Positions 41,333 through 54,205 of a stretch of DNA of 64,000 nt are shown here, one piece after another. Position 1 is the stretch's first letter, and each line of letters begins with the position of its first letter. Source of the stretch: Bugula neritina (Eukaryota; Animalia; Bryozoa). The notes beneath the pieces were generated by a model. The model was not told the DNA's origin and did not search any database. It saw only the letters and a list, made by a program, of their open reading frames with translations. Position numbers and translations under genes: made by a program. The DNA lies in NCBI GenBank assembly GCA_964035545.1, contig OZ037768.1, positions 19,823,700-19,887,699 on the forward strand. The letters are read 5' to 3'.

Positions 41333-42057
41333 AGTCTACTTTCTCATGTTACAAAGAGGATGGTGAAGCAAATAACTTAGGCCTTCAGTCATGCTTTGCT
41401 GTGTAATTTCAGTCTCAAGCTGCTGAAGTATCTGAAGAAGGAATATGAAGAGAAGTTTTGGTAGAGATAATCTCTTATGTTGGCTATGCATGTGTTAGGA
41501 ATTCAGATCCATATTTTGAGAATACATCATACAATTTTTATCCATTGGACCTTTTTTTAAAATATATATTTTGTTTTATTTATTTTGGATAGTGTTTTAT
41601 AGTATTGTGTAGTCATCAGCAGTGCTCAATCAAGTCATATTTGTTTTTTATCAAGATATTTTTGTATTTTTCACATAAATTAGCAGTCAGTGTATAGAAA
41701 ATTAATTAGTGTTTTCATTTGTATAGCCATGTAATTCTTAGCATGAAGAAGTCCGTTTTTGTTTTTAACTTGTTTAAAATAAAAATTACATAAATAATGT
41801 TTTAAATATTAATAAAAAATATAGATATGAAAATTCTCGCTTCTGAAAGCAAAGCTGATACCAAAAATTTTTCTATTTTGCTGATTATGTATTTTCACTT
41901 TGTAAGGAGCTGCGCTTCATGTGGACCTTAAGTATATAAAACTTTCCTAAGTTATGGGAAAGAAAGAAATAATTTCATAGAAAATGCTAGATTTGTCATT
42001 GCAATGTTTAAAGATACCAGAGTTGACAAAGCTATGGCAGCTGATGAAATATTTCAA

Positions 42058-44834
42058 TTAGACATCACAGCTTGTTTCTGAGTTGGTGTCATGCATGTCA
42101 ATGTTTATAGAAAATCTGAATTTGCCTTCCTTCAAGTGTTCAGTGTAAGATTGAAAAGCTAAGGCTAAACAACCTGCCAGCCGTTTGGCACTCCTAGATG
42201 AGTCACATGCGTACACGTGACACTCCATGGACTTGCTCTGAGATGACATCTCTTTCACCATTATAAAACAGAAGATTCTAGAGTATTCTTTATCCTGCAT
42301 CCCATATGAAATAAACTGTATCGGGATCTGTACTGGTCTGAAGCATTTAATTTTGTTCTTGCTGTGTGGTCGCATGGCTAAACCCTCATAGTAGACATCC
42401 AAATTAACCAATGGCAAGTCCCCTTCTACAGGCATTTTATTCACGCTATCTATAACGGCTTCTATTACTGGCTGAGTGTGTTTTGAGCCCCACAGACCTT
42501 TGCAAGGTCTGCTCCCCATGTACTTGACAACAAACCCACGAGGGAGCAATGGCGTGGCAGGTGCTTCTTTATCATAGAAATTGCTTTCAGAAGATTTCCT
42601 ATGAGATGCTCTTTTTCCTTTGTCTTTAGATGACAATTTTCTTCCTTTTCTGTGAGATATTTCATCTGATTGTGACCCACTTCGCCTTATAGTAGTCTGG
42701 ATGCCCATCTCCTGAGTGTCGGTACTTATGCTGTGTCGACTGCTCTTTCTGTTGCTGCCAGAGTGCCTGCTATGAGCTGCCTCTGTAGACTCTGTACTCT
42801 GCCCACTGACTGTACTTCCTACACTGGTTCTACTAGTTCTGCTTGTCCTACTGGACCTACTCAATTGCCTCTGCAAATCGTCTTTACGTCCATCATTACG
42901 ATAAAACTCTTCTAATTCTTCATCATTCATTACTGGCTCCTCTGTTTCAGCTTCTTGACTTCTCGCCAGTCTTGATTTCTACAAAGAAATTTTATTGGTT
43001 GTTAGTAAGGATTGTTACTGAGCTTGCTGCCTCATTTCAGATAGTAATACAAGTAATGTTAACAGTTATAGTTTCACTAGTGAGTTGTAACAATGATTTT
43101 ACTCTGTCTGAGAAATCAGGTTATGAAAATTTACTGACAAAAGTGAGATGTTGTTGGTTTGCAAAATTTAGCTAGTCGCTGTGAGGGGTGGTACGCCTGA
43201 AAAATGCTAGACAGTGAAAATTCTTTGGAAAATAAATTTTTTGCCATATCTCTCATCCATCATTTAATTACTGCACTTGCCTCACATTTAGCAGAGTGAA
43301 AAGTTGTAATCACTTAAAAAAGTCTAGATATATACCTGCAGGCATGCATGGTGCACATTTTAATGAAAATATTTATATGCTACAGACATTTCTCTCTTTA
43401 AATGATGCTGTTCACAATGACATCATTGAAAATAGAAAGGCGGCAAGGTAATAAATTGGTGGTAGAGTTTACAAATAAGCATTATGTAAAGCTCTGTACA
43501 TTATTCATTAGCTGTAGCTACTTGGTAGAAGCAATGCCACTTGGCATTAGAGTGGGCATGTGTATTGTGTACAGTTCTACTTTGCAAATTAACAAGATGC
43601 ATGTTTGCTGTTCATTTATTTTTCAATGCATTATGCAATCAGTTATATACTTTCGTTAACCTGATAGTTCATAACATGGTAAGCTAATATATAGGACTAC
43701 ATGTCACCATATCAGCCTAGTCAGACTATCATATTAGAACAGCCTAGTTATATACATGACTGTAGGTTATCATATGAATCTATTGAGAGTAATATTATAT
43801 TGGAACAGCCGTTATATTATGAGAGTAATATGTAGCATTAGGTGTTGCTTAATAGGCTTGCTATTCATCAAATAACGCTAAAGTAATGCTGGAAGAATAA
43901 ACAGGGGCTATTAGCTGAAACCGGCTTCTATTAATCAAGAACACTTGAATTGAGTCAATTTAAAAATTCAAAACATTTCAGTTTTAGTATAGAGCAAGTT
44001 GTAAACATCAATTATATTTTTAGTGCCCCTCATGGATTTGAAATAATTATTTCAAGTAAAACAGCACTTTTTTCTGACTTAAATTGATTAGCCAATAATA
44101 TTTGTGTTATCAAAACCAGCAGAACATAGTAGGATTAAAAGCTCTCTTCATTATTTAGTTTTAATCAATCAGCATTCTGGTTAAGCATATCTGCCAGAGA
44201 GCACCTGTTTACTGTGACATGGTCACAAGTACCTGAGACTAGTAGTCAGAAAGTGCTGTTAGAACATGACAATAGTCAGCATCTGATTAGTTTAGATTTG
44301 AAAATATGCTACTAATTTGTAAATAAATACAATGAATTATCTAATGCCTATCCCAGTCGAAACATGGACCAAGTAGGTCATAGCAATTAATGATTGGTTT
44401 TAAAATACTCTTATACTCCTGCTCTACCCATATGAGTGCAAAATTCAGGATTTTTATTTAGATTTGGACTTATGAAAACTAGACACGTATGTAATGTATG
44501 CATTATCATAATATTAGGTTGAATTGTCTTTTTGAAACTACATATCAATTGAAAATATGCCTTTACAGCTTCTATTGTTGAAGTAACAATAACCTATAAC
44601 CCAGTGACTTGTAAGAAATCTACTGCTATTTTAGCACTTATCTATAAAACAACAATTGTGTATTTGGCTTTCAAAATTCTGTTTTGGACAGATCACCTTG
44701 AGCTGATCGCGTCTCAGAGTACCAATGTGCAGCCTCTCCAGGACGTCACTGACTTCACCAGTTTCAAGTTCCCCCTTCACTGGATAAGTTATCTCTGAGC
44801 TGACATTCTCACTCTCCATGTACAAGTCAGTCAT
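42058..44834 (-). CDS. PTB (phosphotyrosine-interaction) domain adaptor, LDLRAP1/ARH invertebrate-like family
   Basis: Exon 44834-44697 (phase-0 donor AAG|gtgatc) joins exon 42978-42058 (acceptor ttctttgtag|AAA) in frame. PTB motifs FVVKYMGSRPCKGLWGSKHT, IPIQFISYGMQDKEYSRIFCFI, ECHVYACDS...AKRLAGCLALAFQ, preceded by an S/R-rich disordered region. The true start may lie further upstream (acceptor at 44870). Confidence 0.85.
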
Positions 44835-47800
44835 CTTTAACTCTTTCTGTTTCCGCTTCAGTGCATCCTCTGTAATGTATTGTATAGCATTTAGTAACTT
44901 TATGAGTTGCTTGCAAACCCTTTGGCACTCCTATAACGTTGTAAGTGTGCACTATCTGGTAGTAAAACCCACGCAATATTACGAAGTATGTAATAGTATT
45001 CCCAGAGTAAAGTGTTGACAATTGCAGCTTAGTAGAAGAATTTACATATCATTACATCACAAAGTAGCTGTTAAGAGTTTGGTGGAGTATATTCGGCCAG
45101 CCTATCTCCTGTTAGTTGAAAAAAGTTACCTGCAATTTTCCAATAGAAGTCAAACACTAACTTATGAAAGGTTCAGCTAGTACCAATGCTGATTTTCCAC
45201 CCTAACATGAAAATATTGCCATTGCAAATCTCAGCTAACACCAAACTTTTGATTTTTGAACAAAATAAATAATTGTATTATGAATGGTAGGTATGTCACC
45301 CATTTAATAAAGAATTGTTATCTATCATAAAACATTTACCTATTATATGCAGTATAAAGAAAACTTGCTAATGAACTGGTATACTTGTTCTAAACATGTT
45401 TAAATGTTCATATGCCTACATATGTACTGAGTGTAAGTTGTGTGTCTCATTCAGCTCGTATACCACTCTGTATGAATGATACCTTAGTGGAGGCACTCGG
45501 CTGAGTTCTGTTGGAAACTGAAACTTTAAAAAGTAAAACCTGTTGCATGCTTGCAATTATTATTTTGCATAAAAATTTAGTAAAAATTGTTTATTATTTA
45601 ACATAATATTTTATAGTATATTTAGTTGGATTAAAGTATGTAAAAGTACTGGTTCCGCATGAGGCTCAGTCATAATAGCACCGTTTGTTGTCTAAAGTAG
45701 ATGACATTTTGAAAAAAAATTGGTAAAGGTGAAGCTGCTTCTGAAAAACATTGCATTATGTTCTTTAAAGTAATTTAGCAGTTGTCTTACAATGCGTCCA
45801 GCTACTTCATGCACTACTATACTGCAGGGTACAATACACTGTTACTATATATACCATATATGTATTATACAGGGTGTACTGTTATTACACTAATAATTCT
45901 ATACATTACCCAAGCTCGGTTGGCAAACTCCTTGTATAATTGTAGTATTGTTTTATGCAAACAGATAAGTACTCAACTAACTTTGTAAAACATTACTATA
46001 TAATAGCTGCTCATAGCTTTTATCTGTTCTTAATAACATATTATTATATTATATTATAAAAGTTATGTGGATTTAAGTTTTATCAAATATAAGTTAACTT
46101 TGCTTGTAAAATGAATTATGCCCGATAATGAGTTAATCTTTTACCAGAAAGTAATACAAAAAACGCAACATTGATTACAAGTTTGGTCAGCTCAAGTTGA
46201 TATAATGAAGCATCAACAAAATGGTTGCCTGATGCTTGCTAAACAGAAACATTCCTGGTTCTATTACAAGCTTGTAACAATAACATTAACAATTACTTTG
46301 ATTACCAGATATTTTTGTTAGTTGCCAAACAATTATTAAGTAGGCCTTACAGTTACCCCCTATCTAAAAACAGTGCCCTAAGTCTATTGATTAGAAAAGA
46401 ACCCGCAAACTGGAATATAGGCTAAGTTAAATGAAAATATGCATGTCACTCTTGATGGAAAATCATACAAGTTACAAGTTAAAGGGAGTGTCACTACAAT
46501 TATACGTACCAGTATAGAAAGTAAGAGTTCACAACTGTGTGTAAATCCTCACTGAACTCAGAGTAGTTGCATTGAAACTAGTACCTGTGACTGTAGTAGT
46601 CGCAACTCACAATGAAATAGGAGCGTCGCTCAGCTATTCAGCCTAATTCAATGAAACCCATAACAAGCTATAGATGATAATAATAGACTATAATAGCATA
46701 TAATCAACCTAGCCATACAATAACCTGAGGGCCCGTGTTATTAGATTGAAAAGGGGGCAAAGACAGCTTCACCCTTTGATTCAACTTACTCTATACAAAC
46801 AGCTGGTTGCGTATACTAGGCTATTATCAATATTTTCTATTGATTCTCATAGACGCATAACTGCATGCTGTGCATTTTGTAGTTGCACTCTTTCATTGAA
46901 AGAATGTCATGCTATACTCTTATGGGAAATAATTCAGCATTTAGCACAATTATTTATTATTAATATAAAAGGTTGTTCCATCAGCAAGGCTTAATACTCA
47001 AGTGACATCAACTACTAAATAGAGTTACTCTGGTTGAACAATAGCTTAAGTTTTCAGTAGGCAATAAAATGGTGGGGGGGGGGCATAAAAGCTGATCAGG
47101 AAGCAGACAGTATATCACTGTAGTTGGCTAACAAGTGCCTACATTGCCTGTTTTGATATTAGCTATGCTATAAATGAATTGTTACTTTTATTAATTATTA
47201 TATTTAGATTGTATTCTAGATATTGGTTCTACATTTATGACCAAATTATGACCTATAAAAGCTAGCCTGTGATACACAAACCACACCTTGATTATTATTG
47301 CTGTACCTGTGAAAATTGATACTACCAGTTAAATGGAGGCATGCATTTTGTTATTATAATTTTCGCATTAGATCACATGAGTAAAATGCGCACAGCAAAA
47401 TAAGACTATAAAAGCTATGATTTGCAGGAGTGCAGGAAACAAAAAAATTTATATGAAACATATTAGAAAGCAAAGATGTCTATGCAATGAGTAGCAACTT
47501 AATAGTGAGTGTAATGAATTCATGGAACCGCTAGTCATCCCACAATACTTTTACCTTCAAATAGTTTCTGTATATTTTAGTTTATTATATTCAATATGAC
47601 TACAAATTACAAAAGAAGTTTGCACATATTTCTTTGTCAAAATATTTTAGTATTTTAAAATCTAGTATAAAACTGTAATTAATAACAAATGCCCATTATA
47701 TTATAATAGGTTATACTATAGATAATATTATGCATAACATAATATATGTTATATTCCATATATTATATAAAATATTTATATTATATACATAATGTTCATA

Positions 47801-50800
47801 ATATTATATATTATTATATATTATATAATGCATTGTACATGTATATTTGTTATGTATAATATTGTATTACACCATATTTTATTATATATAATGTTTTATA
47901 CATGATGTTATAATTTGTATTATGGATAATATAATATATAGTATTTTGAGTAATATTATGCTTGATATTATATATTATACATGTATATGTGATATATATG
48001 CCATGCATAATATTAGAATTTAATTTAGAATTACAAATATGGTAATCTACGTAAAATTATATATACTGTACATAGTGCTTCAGATTGATAAAGATATATA
48101 TTTTATTTAAAAAATCTCAAATGACTAAATAGTTTTGCACAGTGAACTGCACTCTTCAGGTGTCAGACTAAAAATAAAAAAGCTATATATATACATACAC
48201 ATATATATATATAAAACTATAAAATGAAAATAAAGCTTCTGCTGTTTTTTCTAAACCAATTAATTTAAGCCAATTAAAAGTAGAGTAGCAAAATTATTTA
48301 TTGATAGATAGTTGTTAAAAGAATAAACTAGTTTTTCAATTACAAATTTTAATTTTGAGGATTTCATTTCTCAGCCCCTGCCAGAATATTATAGTACTAA
48401 TATTATAGTTAATATTACAAATGACTTTGGTTGTATGTTTAGTAGAGTTCACAGACCCTTAAACCAGAAAAGCATGAACTTCAAGAATTTGCCCTGCAGC
48501 TACAAAATAAGGTCTTTGATTACTTTTATTGCTGAGAGAATTGACTTAACTGACTTTCCCATCAAGTTCCTAAACTGCCTGCAGCAAAAAACTTGCAAAG
48601 CATTTCCGCTCAACTCAGGAAGTGTAGTTAAAATAAACTTTTTTATGCCTTGGAACTTCTGGCAAAAACTGGCCGCGTTACATGACTAGCATGAATGCCA
48701 GAGGATATGGTGTAAAATTCGAAGCCCTTGATATCAAATTGTGCAATAGAGAAAATTTTTTATAGAGATTACTACTATATGCATAGAATTTTGACTACCT
48801 ATGAGGGGCCATAATATAGCTTAGAATAACAGCTTTTTGTACATGTTTTTTCCATGCGATTTGTTTTTGAATTATTGTAGCCATGTTTGTTTATACATAT
48901 GGAGTTAATCACATAATAATTTATAATATAAATTGCTTTTGATTTTTCCATAAATTGAACACTAAAATTTGTGCAAAGTGCTTATAGTTGCACTCTTGCT
49001 CTTATAAGTTATGCGGACATCTTAATCCATACCCTATTGTTAAGTAAAACTTTTATTACAGGATGTAAGACAACTTTAAGATATTGTTCTAAATTATTTA
49101 CAATAATATTTATCCATTTTTATTTTGGAAGCAGCTATTATATCCTGATGTTGGTATTGGTAGATGAAAGCATTTTTACTACTACTATTCAAAATATTCT
49201 TATATATCTTTTACACATTCTCACCTTGCAGAGTATATGGCTTGTATTTATAAAGGTAATAAAGTTGATATGTGTTGTAATCTTGAATCAGGTTATCACA
49301 ACATTTTTTCTCTGTTTTATTATTTTATATCACCTTGAACAAACGACAAAATCCTTAGCCTAAATATTGTAATCAGAGTCTTATAACTTGATAAATTCTA
49401 CACTACAACATCATTACAAAATATGAAGGTTTTTTTTATTCTGCAGTCCTATGATAAAACTTTGAAGTGGGCTACATAAAAAGGAAAACAATCTCTGAGA
49501 TTTTAGACCGTATAAAACATAATAGCAAATGATCTTTAGTATGTAATGTTTATAATAATGCAGTGTATAAATGCCACCATACACAGCTAGATGACTCAGT
49601 GCTATAAAGACTATATAATAATCCTCACAAGTTGCAAATAAAAGTGTTTCATATACATAATAGAATATGGATGTACCTTTGCACACAGCATATTCTTATA
49701 TAGTTTATAACTTTTAATGTTGTAGTGAAAGTAACACAGATTCCTCTTGATTTAGAAAGATTCTATAGTATAGCATTTTATTTTTCAGCAAATCTTCAAT
49801 TACAGTTTCTCAAGGTCAAAAACAACCACAATTAAATTAGAGTTGGTATTTTATTCATGTGTGTGATAAGGTATATAATTTATATTGTGCAGCTTTCGAA
49901 ATAATGGGGAGAATATTTAACCATGAATACTGCTATTTTCGATCTATGTCACAGATGTTATTTCTGAGCTGAACCCCCCACATTCTATAATAAGTTGCTC
50001 ACACTCGCATTATCTAGTTATACTCATAACAAGACGTTATCATTTGGTAAGTTTGAATATAATATCTAAATTTGCATAAAAGTTCCATTTATTGATAATG
50101 TAAAAATAGGCAAACAAATTAAAAACTTCGCTAGGTGTTATAGAGAGTTTGAGAAACTTTGCTTTTGTAAGACTTGTATTAGGAATAGGCAGAAATATCA
50201 TGGTTTTGTCAATTTTAAAAATTTCCTTTTATATAAAAGTTGTTTTGGAGTAGCTACTGGTTTATATAATAACCTGCCATATAAATGTTGCTAATTTAGC
50301 AGGACAGAAACCTATTACTGCGTTACTTAACAACTCATCTAGTTAGTTTACTTGCTAGAACATTTGTATTAAATTAATTTATATGGTTTTGCCGTAACTA
50401 ATTGCATAACTATACTTTCTAAAAGCCACTTTGTTACAGTATAGAATGGCAATACAAGAGAATGAGGAAGAGACATTACGCATGGGTGAAATAGGTGAGA
50501 GTTCTATATTCGTTTAGAATTAACTAATGCCGGGACCAGTTTATATTCTCCTGAGATAAAAATAAATCATACTTGATTTGTTGTATATTGGAAGTTTTAT
50601 TTATTTCACAGTACAATTAAAACAGAAATCCCATTGGTACGCTACACCATACAACATAAATAATCAAATAGATTGAAACACTTTTCCATAAAAGTTCTTT
50701 TAATTAGTAATTGTCAGTTTGAGTGCTTCCCCAGCCAGCTTTTCTACAAATATACGAGAAAGATTAACTTTTAGATGCATGAACCGTTTAATTATTGTGT

Positions 50801-51574
50801 ATGTTATTATGCATTGGCTCATTCAGCAATTCCTCATGACAATAGTACATATACCAACGCAGTGGATGCATTTTAGCATAAAATGCTATTTTAGTTCTAA
50901 TAATTTATCTATAAACCCAATTTAGGCATGCTTGCAAAAGCACAGGTGGTGTAAAGCAAAAACTTAAAGTACCCAGGTTTGCGTTAAAAATCATCAAATA
51001 TATAAAGGCATTGATTTTTGTAATTATAATTCAATTTTGAATTATGAATAAAATAGAGTTGCTCAATAAAATTTTCTGATTGGTCATTATAGTAGGACAG
51101 CAGCTGCTTGAACAAAGTTTAATACTCAGATCTCAAATAACATTAGCCGTACTTTGGTGATAATTAAAATACTTTAGAAAATAAAATAGTAGCTATTTTG
51201 GGGCAGGACTTTAAGTAAGTTTAATATGTGATAGTAAAAGGAAATTTTTAGCCACAAATTATTACTCTAAAGCATTATTAACAGAAAAAGCTCATGCTTC
51301 TTATTTCTATCGGCCCTGTACTTGCCAAAAGATAATAAAAAATATTTTAACAATTCAATTTATAGTTTTCCTTTTATAGTAAAAAATATTTATACATAAT
51401 TTTAGCCAGCAGTTTTTACAAAATAATTTGTAACCTTTACTTAATTTTTAAATTGCTATTTTGCATACAAAACTGCATTTTATAATATTTTAAAAAAAAT
51501 ATGCATGTTAAATTACAGCTTTGTTACTATTGCTAACAACCTAAATAAAAACTTTGAATTTAGGTTGGTATTAC

Positions 51575-52721
51575 CTAGTGAGAGATGATTTTTCTCAGTA
51601 GACTTTGTAACTTAAAACTAGGAGTAGAGCGGTGAGGGTGGGGAGGAGTAGTGCGCCCTTCATTCACATAGAAGTTCTTGGCTTTGCTTAGTCTTTCATA
51701 TTTCCCTTTAGCATGGCTTCTTTTACTATGGAATAGAAAGTATAAAATGTTTATTGCTCTCACAATAGTGTTTATTATTTCAATAGATATTAGTTGTTGT
51801 TATGACGCATTTCATATGAAGTGGTCAACAATAATATTATTTGCAAAACATTTTTACTTATAAGTGCCTACCTGGAATATAATTTTGTTTTTGTTTGCTC
51901 AATTTTTACATCATTTCATATAATTATTATATGCAACAAGACATCAATACTTTGTAATCAATATACTTTATTATTGTTTTACGCTTTCAGTAGGTTACTC
52001 TAAAAAATTATTTGTAGCCACTCAACTTTGGTATATTCTACCCAATAATCAATTTCACTTCCTGCTGATAGTATTATTTTAATAAAATATAAAAAATCTG
52101 AAAAATAGGCAAAGAATTAGTTCTGTGTGATAACTATCTTTAATTGCTATTGAAAATAATGATTTAGTTTATTATGAGGTAAATTATTGTATGCATACAG
52201 TTTTAAATTACAATATAATTTCAATGAAGCAATCACCACTGACAATGTTATCAATATGTTTGTTATATAATGTACAGGTTTTGAAAAGAAAGATTAAATA
52301 ATATGACATTATAATATATTATATTAAATCATACCCTATCATAATAATATATTATATTATATTATATTAGGTCATATTACATCATTCAACAACATATTAT
52401 ATTGCATTATATTATAATATATTATACTATATAAAGTTTTTGTCATGAAAACCGAAAAGTGGAGACTTAGTCATTTAAAATGAATAAAGTTGCTTCAGCA
52501 CTAAGATTTCCACACAACCAATAATAAAATTAATGCTGCTACCTGACAGAACTCCCATAAGAAAAGTAGCCTCTCAGACTATTCAAGTACTCTTTCAAAT
52601 CAGCAGCTGACTGGAAAGGTGCGGGTATGTCAGGCATCGTAGTCTGTCCACCAACTGTCACTATACTCAGCAGCAACGTCATAGCACCCAGCCCCAATAC
52701 TAGTCTCATCCTCAGATACAT
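51575..52721 (-). CDS. NPY/NPF-like neuropeptide precursor, copy 2 (atypical, predicted non-amidated)
   Basis: Exon 52721-52543 encodes signal peptide MYLRMRLVLGLGAMTLLLSIVTVGG plus PP-fold-type QTTMPDIPAPFQSAADLKEYLNSLRGYFSYGSSV and ends AG|gt at the phase-2 position conserved in NPY/NPF genes. Exon 51725-51575 encodes (S)KR-SHAKGKYERLSKAKNFYVNEGRTTPPHPHRSTPSFKLQSLLRKIISH*, alignable with the copy-1 C-terminal peptide. Non-coding exon 1 ends at 53552. Confidence 0.8.
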
Positions 52722-53643
52722 TCTAACAAGTAGATCACAGTCTAAGCTAATCACTGCTCGGATCATTCATGCTTAACTTAACGAAAGTGAAGATTAATGT
52801 TTTTATTTATCTTCTACAGTCTCCTATTTTTGAATATTATATTAACCAGCTTAACATTTGTTAAGTTTTTTGAGTATGAGATGTGCAATGTGCAAGAAAC
52901 ACTAAATTGCATTATGCAAGACTAAAAGCTAGATATGAATGCTTAAAGTAATTTTAAATTATTCTTTGAAAGCACCTTTTCCAAGAGCTAGTTTTTTTTG
53001 TAACAATAAAATAATTTTGCAGTTTTAAAACAGCTTGATTAAAGTGGTGAAAACGTTTAACATATTTCATATTTAGTCCAGACATTTGGAAGCTTCAATT
53101 AACAAGATTGCTGTAAACATTAATACTAATTTAATGCCTTTAAGGGGCTAAAACCATATTAAACTTGCTCAATGCCATACTTCTCACGGTAAGACACATT
53201 TTTATTCTTATGTTGCTATTTAGAAAGCTTTAGCACTTTTGATAGTTTTAAGAAATAAAACAAATTTTGAATAGTAATGAAGCATTATTGCTAAACTCTA
53301 TTTACACGCACAAATGCACTTGTCAAAAAACGCTTGGAAAACTTGCATTAAAATCCCTAAGGGTGTAAAGTCTCTCATTTTTTTTCCTTTTGCATTAGTT
53401 AGGAAATACTGAGACCACACCTCAAAGTGATCAAGCTACTCTACTCAGCTAATTTGTGCATTTGAACGCATAGAATTCAGCACTTCTCTCTAAAATTATA
53501 AGACTAAGTAGAGATAAGCAAAAATGTTTTTATAATAAGTATATTTCATACCTTTATGATTTGATCACTGATTATATAGCCAAGTAATAGTAGCTGCAGC
53601 CAATGGTGGAGATAACGTTATAGTGTTGATAAATAAAAAAAGC

Positions 53644-53657
53644 CTTCTTTATATACT
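53644..53657 (-). promoter_or_regulatory. TATA box of NPF-like copy 2
   Basis: The same 14-mer AGTATATAAAGAAG as copy 1, followed by a short non-coding exon ending AAG|gtatga at 53552. Confidence 0.75.
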
Positions 53658-54089
53658 GCGTGATGTAGGAAATTGCAACTTCTATAGGGCTGAGCCACTT
53701 CTGCAACATTAAATGCACTTGATTGGGTGAAATAAGATGCATTGTTTAGTTGGGGTAAACACAACATTTTCTAGCACATGCATGTTACATCAATATTTGA
53801 AGTTAGACTTAAACCTGGTAGTTCCATAGTTGAAATTAAATAATATTTTTCAAAATTTGTTTTTTTCTAATATACTTTGAACAGCTCTTTCAATGTTATT
53901 AATTAGCTGAAACAAGGTTTTGTGTTGTGCACAGAATGGAACTAATAATTACTTTAAGAAAGACTAATTTTCAGTTTGGGGTAGCCCTTCTACACACATG
54001 CTATCAGGCAGTTTTATTTAAATTTTAGCCTATCCATTCTGAATTGCTTAAATATGCTAGGAATTAAACTGACAGTAAAGTTTGAAGCA

Positions 54090-54205
54090 ACTTAAAGTTG
54101 TCTCCCAACAGTTGGGGGCTCAAAATTCCAACCTAAATCCCAACTTCAAACTTGAGAACTTCAAACTACTGCACCCAGTCACTGCCAACTCGGAGTTACT
54201 TATAG
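54090..54205. mobile_element. Partial MITE family A copy
   Basis: CCCAACTTCAAACTTGAGAACTTCAAACTACTGCACCCAGTCACTGCCAACTCGGAGTTACTTATAG matches the right half of the 6632-6782 element. Confidence 0.65.

Noticed and set aside
44631-44834. Third neuropeptide gene
   Set aside because: No signal peptide or PP-fold; it splices in frame to the PTB exon.
45100-51500. Additional coding genes in the long AT-rich interval
   Set aside because: Only short, hydrophobic, AT-biased ORFs with no phase-consistent exon chain; probably UTR exons, introns and intergenic DNA.
51726-52542. Micro-exon restoring R-F-G in NPF copy 2
   Set aside because: Scanning by eye found no AG-flanked (G/A)TT(T/C)GG or TA(T/C)GG micro-exon. 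A cryptic acceptor near 52098 would give RFFIFY-stop, still without Gly.
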